DNA of 64,000 nucleotides, taken from Iphione sp. A-MEVVRFRX5. Lineage: Eukaryota. The stretch spans positions 33,356,001 through 33,420,000 of the forward strand of contig OZ320319.1 in the NCBI GenBank assembly GCA_976226885.1. The letters run 5' to 3'. Positions 50,478 to 64,000 of this stretch are shown in pieces. Both the position numbers and the translations under genes were made by a program. Position 1 is the stretch's first letter, and every line of letters begins with the position of its first letter. The notes beneath the pieces are model-generated. The model ran no database searches. It was not told the origin of the DNA and saw only the letters and a program-made list of their open reading frames with translations.

Positions 50478-53400
50478 GTGAGTAAAATATTCCAACCCGT
50501 TCTTATTCGTCCGATAAGAGTATTTGTAATGGATCCGAAGAAGTTAAGATAATAAGATTAAACGCAACAAGAGGTATTAGACTGGAAGAAGGAGGGCCAC
50601 TCCAATTAGACATAAGAGACATGTAATTTACATGAGGGACAGAAATGGAGAAAGTCATGCGCTGCACTGGGATATGTTTGCACCCATGATAGTAATATTC
50701 TTGTATATCGGAAAGAAATGGATAATGTTTGAAGAATGTCTGTGGGGGTGTTTTCACCGTAGGTGGATGTAATCCTCCTAGACTGCATGCTTTCTGTAGC
50801 ACTGGAACTTTCACGTAAGAAAGCGCATGCATTGTAAAGCAAATCATAACACTTAGCAACACATGAATCCCTGGTAGGCTTGCTCCGAACATGCTTAAAA
50901 GAGATTCTACAGTATGAACCATTATTTTGAGTAAATGGATGGAGGGAGGAGAGAAACAACAAAGGCTCCACAGAAAAATGTATTCTCACAGAGAAAAAAA
51001 CGTATTTTTTACACAATACATAGCGTCAAGTTTGGATTACAGGGGCTTCATCCGCGGCAGGTGGTCGGTAGGCTATAGGGTGGTGATAGATAACTGAAAA
51101 TGTGCCTCAGGTGTCGCCGCAGTGGCCTTCAATGCCAGAGCTCGCTTGCCTAGGGCCATACACGTAGTGCTAGTGCATCGCCTTCTTTGAGCCAGGATCA
51201 ACTAAGGCAAAGATACATCATTTTTCACTGAAAGGAGTATTCATATCAGAATTTTGAAAAGCTAGTGGTCCCATGCGCCGCGGAAGCCCACTTTAAATAC
51301 AGTTAAAGCGAAGCCGAGAGTGGCCATGGCTGATCTTCGTCAAAGATATGCCGCGGTGATCGATTCAGCCGGCTAAGGCCATGTGTAGATTGGCCGTAGA
51401 TTGCTCGTCTCTGTTGAGATATGGATAATACCACACGTACGACAGTGTCTGTTGGAATTAGGCGGAAAGGATGTGATGCACCTGCAGGAGATCCATTTTC
51501 TCGATTGATCACACGTTCTATATAGATTTGCCCTAAACGTTTTAAAATTACTGTACATTTTAAAGAATAAGACTATTACAGCAATAGTCCTGACGAAAAC
51601 GTCACAGGGAAGCGAGATTCAGCCAGACAATATACCATATGGTAGGCGGTTTCACAGCATACCTATTTAATATTTTCACATTCAAAATAAATTCTTGATG
51701 TAAGCCTTTGACCAATTGGAGCATACATACGATTCCACGCTTACTCAAATGGTTCCACGTTATTTTCTGCGTATCTTCCATTTCTGGTCTGATTCTGTGT
51801 GTGTCTCCATCCCCCAAGTGACCCCTGTACAGGTCAAGCGGGAATGCGAGCCTCTGAGACCCTGCTACCTAGTCGGCGTCAATCTACCTGCCCATGGTAC
51901 TTCACGCTGACGCAGCATATCATTTTGGCAAGATTAGACCGACTCAGAAGTGGGAGGTCATAGTGAGATGTCCCAACAGGCCGAAATCGCACACACCACA
52001 CCAAGGGACATCTGTTGGGAGTAATTTATTCTACAACCCGTCTGGAGCGTGTAGCTATTTTGGTATTTCCTATGCTTGCCGGCTCACCCAAAATAGGACT
52101 TTTTTTAAAGGTCATGTTGACAATGTTATAAGAACACGAATATTTTGGTTAGTTTGTAACGCCGACTTATTCCCGGCTCACTTAAAAAACGCGTATTTCT
52201 GTAGAGATTAGATACTGATCATACTTGGAATAGTCTTAGTGCTAAATGTACAAATAGCTATCAGTGCTCACTTCCCTGAAAACTACTTGGATCTTTAAAA
52301 AAGACACAACACTGGGATGTCTGTCCATGTTATCGCCTAAGTAGCCTTTCCTGTTTAGCTAATCGACTTGGCGAAAACTCGGGGTGCACAATTTGCTCAC
52401 ACTTAACGTAAACATTCTTAAAGCCATGTCAAACTGAGCGTGCTGGATATGTCAGTCGACACGTCATCATAGAAACTTCCACCAGCCTGGGATTTTACGT
52501 ATTTTTGTGTTGTTTTTTATGCAGCCTGTACAGAAGCTCAGCTGATTTATCCCAGTGCTTAATACATCACCACAGAGCCATTCATGCGATGGCAGAACCT
52601 GAAATTGGACTTCCAGGACGGAACCGACCCCATGGGGTTTATATGATCGAATACCTGTAGCCCCTGTTGATATACAATGTCCCATTAAATATCTCCAATT
52701 GACTTGGCAAAAACACACCTGGGCAACCCTCGACCAAATAACTTATATGCAAGAAACAAATATGTCAATAAGGAAAATTATAGATAATAGCATCAAAAGA
52801 AAGGATTGTAGTAATGATACGAAAGAAAATTACTGTTTTATTATTAATATCTATGAAAACCTTAATAATCTTAAACCGTCCGTTAATGAAACCTATGGAA
52901 ACTATTGACCAATCATGAGATTAAAATGTATTGCACGGTGTCGTGATATTTTTCTATTCTTCCCATCTACAGCTGTTGGTCAAAATGCCTCTTGAGGACT
53001 TGAGCCCCTGAGTATCTTTGATTTACCCTCCTGTCAGACAGCATACAGAAGTCAGCATTCCTAGAGAAATAGCCATTTATTCCTGACCTCCGCGCTGTGG
53101 AATTAACACCATTACAGAAGTACATCTAAGTGTCTGTAAATAGAATCGCTCATATCAACTGGCCAGTATATGAGGCACCTCACTCACCATGACGGCCCAT
53201 AAATTGTGTCCTTTTTCGTATAATAGCCGGGAAAAACAAGCAATTTATTCCCCTTCTCTGTACGGCAGAGTTCTCTTCCATAATCTACAAGTGGGTTGCT
53301 TTGCTTACGGTCTGTTCATAGCTGGACGTATCTCTGGGTCAGAATATTGCTTTTAACAACTAAGACCTCAGTTACTGGACATTCTCTCAAATTATTTAGT

Positions 53401-56400
53401 GTGAACCAGATATAACGCCTCATGATATGATAACACTGATTTTCACAAAATATACTAAACATGTCGATGGTTGTAGAATTCTGGTGACACGTATGTATAC
53501 ACGTCTGTGAATTATTTACATATGAATGACCATAAGAAAATATCGCGAAGGCCTGTGTAGTACTTTTCTCTTAAAGCTTTTACACCTTCAAATGATCCAT
53601 TTTTGAGACGTGATTGATACGTCGCCATAGACGTCATGCATATTGCTAGCCAGGCCCAGTACGTGCTGACGTCAAGGGTAGCCCATAAATCATAAATGTG
53701 TATGTTCACCACCACTGAAGTACTTAACTCGTTTTCACGCTTTAAAATTTTTCGCGCCAGAAGCACTCCAAGGGAATGCTACGGGGTTCTTGTCACTCAC
53801 GTGCAACCAACCCAAAAGCTTGTCTCTTTTCAAAATTGACATCAAGTAAATCCTCCTAAGAAGAGAGAAACAAAATTTCATCGCAGTTTGATCGAGATAG
53901 AATACTGCAACTGCAGGCAGAGACGGATGAAAGTGAAATAGACCGGGCCCATTTAAAAGCAATCGTTATTTTTGTGCACGGATCGTCAATATTACTGCAC
54001 ACATCCAGAGAGAAAAAAAGCGTGCAGTTGTGTCGCTCGGACATCAGTCTACATTTAGCGTGTGTGGCTCGGGTGGCTACAGGGCAACACAAGAGCAACC
54101 GTCACGTTACTAGCGCATGCCTTCAGAGAATGGTCGCTCGTTCTTCCAGCAGCGGGACCCCTTTAGATTTGATAGCCCGTTAAACGGCTCACCAGTCTGA
54201 ATATTCTCCACCTCTTATTCGCGTTGTTAACAGCGGTACGGAGGGGAGTCGCTGTCAATGTCGCATCGCTTATCGTGCTAAACGGCTGCTCCGCAGCAGC
54301 ACATGTGCTTAATGAAGCATTAATCAAACGTTACGAACTCACGCTGCATTGAAGATGCCCGCTCGCGTTCTGCTATCATGTCTCCCTCGAGTGCAAAATG
54401 TGCAAGAAACAATATCATTTTCCCCCTCCTTCAAGGCGTACTTTATCGTCGCCATTTACATAGATATAAAATCACTTAGGCGCGGCCTGAAGCAGTGCCC
54501 AGTGTGTTATATTGCTTTCGTCAAAGTATTAACCTTGAAGGGATTTTTTAAGTTACAAGTTTTGGTGGATCAGTGGCTCCATACGTTATGTTAACAGCTG
54601 CATAAAGCTGTGTTCTCTAGCTATCCATTCCACTAGACATCCAAGGGATTGGTCATTGATCTGAGACAGAAGCAGCGCAGGAGGCTGCGGTAGCAACTGG
54701 CGAGAATGGCGATTGTGGGAAGCTGCATTCGAGTGAAAAACGACTAAAGCTGATGGGAGATGTGTCGCTAAGGGAGAGGGGAAGGTAGGTCTACAGGGGC
54801 ACGGACAATGACCAAGAGGCGCACGAAATAAGGGTTTCCAGGGCTTTGGGGATACCAAGGTCAGGGAGGAGGAAATGGGTGGAATTGGTGAAGCGGCTAA
54901 AGGGATATACGCATTGCAGTGAATGGGCCCATCGACCTTGGGCGAACGATGTTCCAACTTCCCCATTTGCCTTGAGAAGGGCGCCCTCTAGGAACACCAA
55001 GTGAAATCTATCAGGTACCACTTCTCCTGAAGTGTGTATATACCGGTCCAGAGGAGGTGCTCGGGAAATCTAGTTTGGTAAATAGCAGATAGATGGAAAG
55101 GTATTCCCAGAAGGTTCTTTTCTTTGAAATCCAATTTGTTTTATGGAAATCATTTATTTGGAGCAGTTCGGGGCGGCAAATAGTGTTGCTGTATTCATCT
55201 TGAGTCGACAAATGGAACTTTAACATTGAAAAACAAACACGACTGGTTTGGTAGTGTGAAATGTAAGATCAGAAAAACTGCTTTAGGGCATAAGTCAGGT
55301 AAAACTATGGTTGCCTTAAGCAAATATTTAAAGCCGGTAAATTTCATTTCTATCTACCCTGTATAGTGGATAAACTGTATTTGGTTTAATGTGAAAATTA
55401 TTGAGTGCAGCGTAAAACTATAACCGTCGGTGATATAATTGAATCAGTGATAGCATAAATTTGGAACCCAAAGTAACCCTTAGGTATTCTCTGGAAACTG
55501 GACCAGCACTTGTTTTTACATTTCATTTACTTAGCTTCCTATTGCATATCTTGAGTATATTTTTTCAAATGAGAAACATCAATTCTTTACTAATAGTGTT
55601 GTCTGTTTCGATAACACAACTAACATATTATGGTCACACAAGCATTGTTATTACTATACTTAGTACATTTCCATCAGAAATAATAGAATGTGACTAAGGC
55701 ACTGGATAATGAGGAACTGGACAAACACATTTCAGCCTTATGCGCGTAAAAAGATGGCCCAATTGTACCAGGCAAGTTATCTTCGCGAGGGCCAGCAGAT
55801 AATATTCCATGTGCATACACGCTACTCCCCGAGGTCTACATCCTAGATGACCAGCCAAATGTTTGAGGTTTTTACGGCTTTTTCTTCGCGGAAGCTAAAC
55901 CTTCCGTCCGGTCATACATACCCGAAGCCAGATGGGTCGCGGTCCGTGCCGAAGCCACAGGTCACTGTCGGGGAAGCCACTTGGGAGAGCCGGCATGAAG
56001 AATAGCCTGGTGACGTCGGCCGCCTCAGCTGCCTCTCCTCCCGTGTCAGTGGCTTTTATGAGCTGGTAGCGTGTTGTGTAAATGGAATAAAGACATCTGT
56101 GCTTCTTGAAAAGAATTCTGTCTTGCTGGTGCGCTGAAAAACAAGCCATTGAAGAGGCACGTTTTCTATTCCAAAGGCACGCTTCTGTCAAATCAGCGTG
56201 ACGGGAATGGAGATTATCGAACATAACATATCGCATTTGTGTTGTACCTACACGTTTTTCATAATAAGTAGAACGTGTAAGTGTATAAATGACGAAATAT
56301 GAGAGCCTTAAATGAAAGCGAAGAGGAATAGCGGGGTTTTACCAAGGGAGTGATATAACATCATGAAAAGCAAGAAGAACCGATCTGAAACCTCCGGTAA

Positions 56401-56433
56401 AGGACAGGGATGAAAGGAATGAGCAGACAGATG

Positions 56434-56515
56434 CACCCAATCACACATAAACAAAGTCATGTGCACAATCACACATAAAACAAAGTCGTGCACACAATCA
56501 CACATAAACAAAGTC
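56434..56515. repeat. Three-copy ~27-28-bp minisatellite
   Basis: CAATCACACATAAA(A)CAAAGTC x3. Confidence 0.9.
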
Positions 56516-59500
56516 AGCGCCTGTTTTCTACGACTGGACAGTCGGGTGCCCTTGTATAATAGAACTGACCAGCACGACGCGTGGCCCCCGCTACACGGTA
56601 GCCTACCAAAGCGACAGCGTCACTTTGTCAACCATTAGTCCTTATTGATTTTGTGCGTCGTGCCACACAGCATGGACAACTGTTGCTCACGAACGATCTG
56701 CGGGGAGAGACTCTGAGCAGCAATCCCCGGACCGAGATTAGCGGCAGTAGCGTATGCAAACGGTGCGGCCATCGTGTATTGCAATCGTCGACGCCAATAT
56801 TCCCTGCATTGTTGTGCGACATTGAAGAGGCTCACACAAATTCGAACTACGCGTTTGAATGCCGTGATAAATGACTTGGGCCTGATCGTTTCTGTTACTC
56901 CTTTTATACACTTCACGTATGTTTCTCCGCTCAAAGTCCCATTTTTGTAAAAGTTCGCTTCTTTCGGGCTTCTGAGACTCCGTTCCCCACACGACCTTAG
57001 ACGTACACATTTCTCCTTTCCCTTGATTAAGTATCTGCCGTCACCTTCTAATCTTCACTCATACAGTGCGGGCTGTCGGAATAGACTCACACGAAAATGT
57101 AGGTATTGATGCCAGTAATGGAAAACCGTATGGATAAGCTTCGTGATGTCGGTCTGTTTGAAATCACTGCAAAAACCGTCATATTAGACATCTAAAATAT
57201 TGATTAGGTATGGCAGTGTGGGAACACCGTAAAATGTTCGACATTCGTACGCAGTTTTTGAAAAAGTATCGTCAAATATACTTCTCTTGATACTAATTAT
57301 ACCAAAAGCAGTTTTGATTAGTAACACTTAGAGAATATTTATTTATAAACATTTAAATGATGTAAACTATTCAGGAATCTGCACACAGTCCTTCGTCCGG
57401 GATCGGCTGGCGTGATATTTCACCAGACAACATTTGAAAAGAAAATATTGTAAAATTGTTGATATGAAGTTTCTTCGATGAGATGAGTGTTGAGTTTCTC
57501 TCGTCTCTGTAAATCTGTTTTTACTACAGTCTGTTCCGAGGATAGCGGATGCTGTGAGGGCCTCCGTTATTTTAATACCAAAACGACATCTATGAGCTGT
57601 CAATCGCACAAGGTCAACTAAGATTACAATCTTGATCAGAAAAGTCCAAGTTCGAAACTTTGACATTGTCCTTATTGTTGGGGACTGCTGGAATTCAGTT
57701 TTTTTTTGCGTTACACATAAAGTAACAGAGTGGGAATTAGTGTCAAAACTTCTCCCTAGTCCTAATGGCTACAACAGCGATTGCAGTAACAGAGAGCAGT
57801 ATAGAGGTGTCTAGGTAATTAAATAGACTCAAAGCATTGCCACATTGTTGTGCCACAGCATTGCCTCTATTTGTTTTTTAATCTGATTTGTCATCTAACT
57901 TAACTATGTTACTTTTTGGCAATATACATAGTATACGAATAGTCTCATAAAGTCATTCCCCATAATTTCATAACCATACTGAAAGATTATCCCAGAGTAA
58001 TGTCTAACCAAACTGGAATTCTACACTATGTCATGGAAATATGTGAAAATGGTACCCGAAGGAACTTGGATCGCATACAATTCATTGCCAACTTCCTTGT
58101 TCCATGAACCCTGTTGTGAACATCAGTATACGCCATGGCATAGACAGGTTTCTAATACAAAGACAGCAATTTCCTCTTGTATATTGTATCCTTTTATATT
58201 CCAGCCTCCGCCGAAGTCCTATATTGTCCCGATGTGATAAATGACCATCGATGAACCTTTGTCTCTTTTATGAATAATTTCCATCCTGTCTCATTACAGT
58301 TACCATCCATTGTTAGCACCTGTTACATGAATAACTTATCATAATCGACGCTATTCAGTTATCAACTTGGCCTAATTGACCCTGCTGTCAACATCCTATC
58401 TTTACTTGAAAAAAGGAGAAAACGTGTGAATCGCTCTTTTCACGTATTTCTAGTCTTAAAAGGAGTCGACTCTTATTTAGCAATAACGAATATGTCACTA
58501 AAGCATGACAATACCTTCCATTGTGCATTTGGTCAAAATAGCTTATTGACGCCCAAAAGCACATGGAAAATATTACATGGAAGTATGACTTGGTGCATAC
58601 CGTGATAAGTACCCTCGACACGGCAATGCAGATTGTTTTCACTTTTACGATTATTACAGAAAGATACTAATCATTAGAATAAATTGTCCAGGAATTTACC
58701 AGCCAGCAATACACCAGCCAAAACACGGTCAACATTCATTACTACGACACGAGCATTATATGGCTGGATCAAATTAAAAAGGCTTTACCGAGACAGAAAC
58801 GCATTGAGGGCATAGCTAATACACGTCAATACATATATGTAGGCAGTGACTCTAATGAAGACTGTTTCTTTGCCATGATAACAGACGATGTGACAAGGCA
58901 ATCTAAGCACGCAACATATTTGACTACATTCCTTGCTTCATATACATATCAATAAAGCTAATTAGTAAGATAATTTTCCTTTTACCGTAGGTGATTATTA
59001 TACACAAAAGCTCTGTGTTATGGGCCCTGCACTGTGTTCCCTACTGAGCCCATGACGGAGGTTTCTTGGTTTGATTGCGTGTATACAGTCGGGCATCGTT
59101 ACAATGACCCCATCATAACGATTCATTCATTGAAAGAGCACAACTGATTTAACAAGTTACATTATTTGTGTTGAATTCTGTCTCAGTGAGATATTCAATA
59201 TAATAAAACATTTTTCTGATAACTACTGGCAAGAGGCATAAATGTCTTAAGTAACATTTTCCTGGATGGCACTAGATATGATGACATGAACCACACCTCT
59301 CCTGACACACTCGCCCTAATGGTACGATATTTCATTACATTAGAGGTCGGCTGGCCAAGTTTCTTGCTAGCGTTGAGAAGGAGCTTTCAAAGTTTGTGAA
59401 AATGAGGATACGACTGTTCACATCTTAAAGTGCCCTTCGCCAAACGTCAGGGTGACGGGAGCCCTGATGCTCGTTGATACTAACATTGAATAAAAACGCA

Positions 59501-62500
59501 GGGAAGGCAACCAACGTTTAGCGATGGTCCAGCAAATTGCGCCATTTGACTTTTCTCATCTCAAACAAGGGCCCAGCAGCTCCTATTTGGTGCTGAGTAG
59601 GTGCCACCAAATAGCTTAAAGTGTCCAACTCAATATCCACCCAAATTAACCCGAGCTGACCTTTCTATAGCAAGGTGCTCAACTCATTAATATTTCATGC
59701 CGTAATTAGTGAACCACTCGCTTGCTCCCGAGGGTGTCCCGCTGATCGCCAGGAATCAATTGTCTCCGAGCAGAGCGCCTAATCAGGGTCTGTCACCTTG
59801 ACATAGCTATCGACCCCAACATATTTGTCAAGACGCCACCAATTGATCGCGCTTTTCAAACGCCGCTACGCTGCAGGATACTTCATCTTGCTTTAAAGGT
59901 GCGCCAGCATCAATGTTCAACTGATCCTTGTATGCAACAGGCCAACACCAAAGATCCTGTTCTACCAGATTGATTAGAACAGCGAAGTAAGTGTACGTAA
60001 TGAAAATATGGCTTTTTTTATGGATGTTCCTTCCACCACAACAAAATTATTCATATAGTACATATGTATGTCGTGACATGACAAGGTGGCTCGTATTTAG
60101 AACCGTAAACATATTAATAGGAACATCACAGTTTGTCCCATAAGAAGGTATACTGTGATGTTTTTTATTTTTGATTAAAAAAATTGGCTGTCAGTCGTCA
60201 GAGCCTACAAAACAATATTGACAACTGATGAGATTATCTGCAGACAATGTACAATGTACGGTATTGAAAGTGTTCTGCAGCCGAAGAACTCGGTGGTCTT
60301 GTCTTCTGTGCCGGTCAGTACAACAAATATACTATTCTAGCAGGCAAACACTTATTCAAAATTCATGTCCTGAACCGTTTGTTTACACTCAACCCTAAAA
60401 TATGAAGCGCTAGAGAAAGCAAATAAAAAATGTTGCACCACGATATTATGCGAATGCTTTGGCGATTTTGTGAGCAGATACCTGATGTCGGTATCTATCA
60501 TTCGAAAGAAATATCGTACACATCAGATAGAAAATGCTCAAAGGCTATAACGTTAGCGCCATCCACTGTGCCTACGGATACTTCAAATACACGTACGTTT
60601 TTTTTGTCATTATCCAAGTAAACTTGGGCTAGTTTCGCGTAGGTAGGTACACTGTATACCCTTTCGACAGAACTGTTTCGGTTCAGTCATATTGGTGTGG
60701 CATTGAACATTCTTATTCCCTCCGTGGCTTATGCCCTACCACAGCTTTTATATTCAGCCCCTTTCATCGCTCTACCACGTTCGATTTCACCACGGGAGAG
60801 AGCAATCCCAGTGGGAATCGATTCTTTTTTTCCTCTCCTCCCGCAGGCACCATCTGCACTGATCCGTGGTACTCTTCATGCCTTCCAGATCTGCAGAGGT
60901 CCACATACATTGTGTTCATAATGTGAACTGCTTCTGATCAAGTACACCTAGAGGTACCGTAAAGATATGCATGATGATTCCCGGAAGCGATAATTGTTTT
61001 GCTTCTGACAACTGTCAAAAATAGCTCTTTTTTTAGAGATGCAATATCCCATGCATGCAACCCAGTGAAATGATTTATGTTTATCGCTGATTGACCTATT
61101 CATACCGACTGAGGGGAAACACTTAAACCATCATGATAATCCTATCCAAAAACAAAATCCTTTACAGACACTTCTTATTCGTTTGCGTTCGTGTAGGCCA
61201 TGTTTGATGATAGAAAAAAAATTCCCGGAGCTAGGCACGGGACTTTTTTTCTGTGACCCTGAATGGCGACGGAGCCTTGACTCGTGCCTTCCTACTCGCC
61301 CAGTCTTTTCACCCTCCTCCGACCCCGACGTACGGCCCCACCCCCGATGACATCAAGACCGTCCTCTTTAATTTGAACGCTGCGGAGCTCAGGTATACAA
61401 TTTTAGACCACTAGCCAATGAGACATGTCTGATCTTCAGACGACAGTCCTGCTTCAGAGGAGGAGCGACTGAGAGACACGGGCGGGTACATACCCTTGAG
61501 GGAGGATCGTCATTGCAGCAGAGACGCTCTTGTATATATGCGTCCTCGGAAAGTCATGGCATCTTCAAAGACCGTTTGTCCTCAGTGGCGGTCAGCTCAT
61601 CTTCAGACCTCCGACAGATGGCATCGGCAGTAATTTAGGTAATGATGAGTGGTCCATCGGCCAATGGTCAGCCAATCAAGAGGCTTCAAAGTCGGCGAGG
61701 GTAAGCCTTCATTTAAGCGTGTCGTGCTGATCCCTCAAAGGAGTTCAACCGAACTACACCGTGTCTATACTAACGCGGTCTATGAACGCTGAATAATTCA
61801 AATGGCACACGTATACTGCACAGCTTGCATTTGAGCAATTACGATGGAGGTATAAATGAGCATGAGGAAGGTTAGCGTCGTATGTTTGTCATATGAACAC
61901 TCGTTAACGTGAATGTAAATGTTTTACGCAAGGCTCTACACGGCACATATACCTGTCATAACATTCGTGATATATTTTTGTTACATTGTCTCGATTAACA
62001 TGACCACCTATTGCCCGGTTGTAAATCTATAGCAACAAGTCATATATACATAGTCCGTTTGTTTACGGCGCCATTTGTTGCTATGGAAATGCCCTTAGCT
62101 CTTGGAACTTGCATCGCCTTGGAGAGCTAGACCTGTAAGCCTTCCAGCTGAGCCCGGCCAGGAGAGAAAATCTCATCCTCCATAAGTGCCTCTTGTCAGT
62201 TGCGCTGATATTAATCTGTCTTATCAAGTACTGGGCACAGGGTAACAAGACCGCATCGTGCCTGCAACGAGACGGTTCGGCCTCATCTTTGCAATAATCA
62301 CCATCCTTTCAAATTGCGCGTTTTTGTCTCACAAAATGGATGCGAAACGTCCGCACCTACATCAAATGCATTAAGGTTCCATTTACCTTTAGGGATTCGA
62401 AGCTAAAGGTAAGAATTGAGGAGTATGCCTAGATTTACGAGAGGGTGTTCGTGCGTGTTAGTAGTATGAGAAAAGAGGCAATAGATTCAGGTGAAGTAAA

Positions 62501-62996
62501 TGTATGTACCATTGCGTGCTATTACAATCAAACTAAAGCGACTTTTTTCATGCATTTTACCTTCGCATCGCTTCATTCCGATTTGACCAAGCATAAGATC
62601 ATAGCCAGGGAAGAGCTACGATGATGATTGGGAAATGTATTTCTAACGTAGACCAAGACCAAGTTTACACTCCTTTTAGCCCCAGATATATGGTTCTAAA
62701 TATAGACGGTCTGAAAGACACGGTGAAATAGTTCCTTAACAAAGACTGGCGGAATAAATTGCTTCTTTGACAAACACGCCGGTATTCTTCCTCGACTGCA
62801 TAAACTATGGCCTTTTGGCTGTTGCATTATGCCAGTATCCGCCACTGCAGACATTTCTGAATACTCTGTCTTGCTGTCAAATAAATACATATACACGTAC
62901 ACTTTGGAAGATTGCCGTTTCTCGTTAGGTCATTTATACGCGTTTCCGAGGAGAGTGCAAATGCATGTACTCATATTTATATTTTCTTATTTTCAG

Positions 62997-63121
62997 ACCA
63001 TGACTTGGACGATCTGGAGATGCAGGTGGTGCGTTACAAGCCGGAAGGCTTGGACGCCCTCTGCAGAAACACCAAATTCTCAAGAAAGGAACTCCAGATT
63101 ATGTACAGAGGATTCAAGCAG
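62997..63121 (+). CDS. KCNIP: Internal coding exon of a KChIP/calsenilin-family Kv channel-interacting protein
   Basis: Pyrimidine tract + TTTCAG acceptor ending 62996; 125 nt reading (x)AC-HDLDDLEMQVVRYKPEGLDALCRNTKFSRKELQIMYRGFKQ; CAG|GTGAGC donor at 63121/63122. Resembles vertebrate KChIP core (EDELEM..V.HRPEGLEQL...TNFTKRELQVLYRGFKN) with the same phase-1 start and phase-0 end as I recall for vertebrates. The next exon (ECPSG...) is not in the window. Confidence 0.93.
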
Positions 63122-64000
63122 GTGAGCTTATTTTGATATTCATAATTTCGTTAGTTATAAAATGGTTCAGGCATGTTATTCAAGATGTATTTACACTATC
63201 ACTTCTGAAATACCTGTTTGCATGTTAATTTACGTCTGATACATGTAGTTCTTTTTTGTGGTTACATTTATTTACTAACCACCAGATAAAACTGTGAAAG
63301 TAGTCCAGCGCCTCTTGAGGGTATAATTAAGGTTTCTTCGATAAAATGGCGTTATTACATCATATTACTTAACAGATTTTGCCTTTGATAAGAACGTCGA
63401 TACACTAATTAGTCCCTTACGGATTAGTTCGTGACAAAATTGAGTAACAATCTTAATTAGACCACGTTAACATAGCATTAAGACTGCGTTAGGACTCTCG
63501 GTACATTATCATACACAAAAAAATTAATGCATAGGATGGTTACGAAAACATAACTAGCATGTAGGATGTCAATAGTTTTGTTGCCTTCCGCTCCGACGGT
63601 TGAGAACGAGCAGTAACTGCCAGTCTGTTTTTGATCGATATTTCACCTGCTTGAGCACTTTTTCGTATAACATCCACTCCGTGGGATTCACGCCAACTTC
63701 TCTCAACTATTGGCGAAGCGATAAATGTTGCAACGATAAGCCATGTGTGAAGGCGATAAGACCGCAAAGGAGATTTTGGGGGATAGGGAAGTGCTGGTCG
63801 AGTCATGTTCACTCAGGTTAGGAACCATCGAAATGCTATGATACGCTTACTTGATACAGTTTCGACCACACACTATGCTGATTTGTTTTCATTTTCTGTA
63901 CCCTAATGCCTGATACATGGATACCCGATTTAGATATGTATGAATGCGAATACCCGGGGAAGGGTTTGGCTGACATGTTTTGAGATAGCTGCCTTTCTGC

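Noticed and set aside
49150-52300. Possible second, heavily decayed YR retrotransposon on + (WCDRPAFGL, IASSLDYRGFIRGRW, RPKSHTPHQGTSV)
   Set aside because: Matches are fuzzy, catalytic motifs are missing, no split repeats were found, intervening DNA looks intronic, and part is better explained as the 50399-50477 exon. A frameshift-aware HMM search would settle it.
56095-56202. FLKRILSCWC peptide reminiscent of palmitoylated KChIP N-termini
   Set aside because: In-frame stop just upstream, and no acceptor or suitable donor.
1-64000. tRNA, rRNA, CRISPR array or RE1/NRSE silencer
   Set aside because: None seen; only RE1 half-site-like matches (e.g. ~2290, ~15985).

Overview
Animal (metazoan) genomic DNA. 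Exon style, abundant TACATGTA and the repeat families suggest a marine invertebrate such as amphioxus, but this is inference. The only firmly supported host coding sequence is one internal exon of a KChIP/KCNIP (Kv-channel-interacting, neuronal calcium sensor) gene at 62997-63121 (+). Most of the window is probably its long 5' intron/regulatory region, with several candidate alternative first exons (best: 50399-50477) and a candidate recursive splice site (38741-38748). Two young retrotransposons lie on the minus strand: (1) a full-length Ngaro-type tyrosine-recombinase (YR) element at 20748-25289 with A1-gag-pol-YR-B1-A2-B2 split direct repeats, and (2) an intact Ty3/Gypsy element at 30404-35264 with identical 144-bp LTRs, tRNA-Leu PBS, PPT and 5-bp TSD. 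Older debris includes a decayed Penelope-like element, five LINE 3' remnants, a ~300-bp TWA-flanked MITE family (5 copies) and microsatellites. The most interesting observation is that the YR frame has no usable ATG, but an ATG mini-exon and consensus splice donor in the A1 terminal repeat join in frame to a consensus acceptor just after the pol stop, predicting a spliced 327-aa recombinase whose donor sits in a hairpin. All coordinates were read by eye; no database searches were run.
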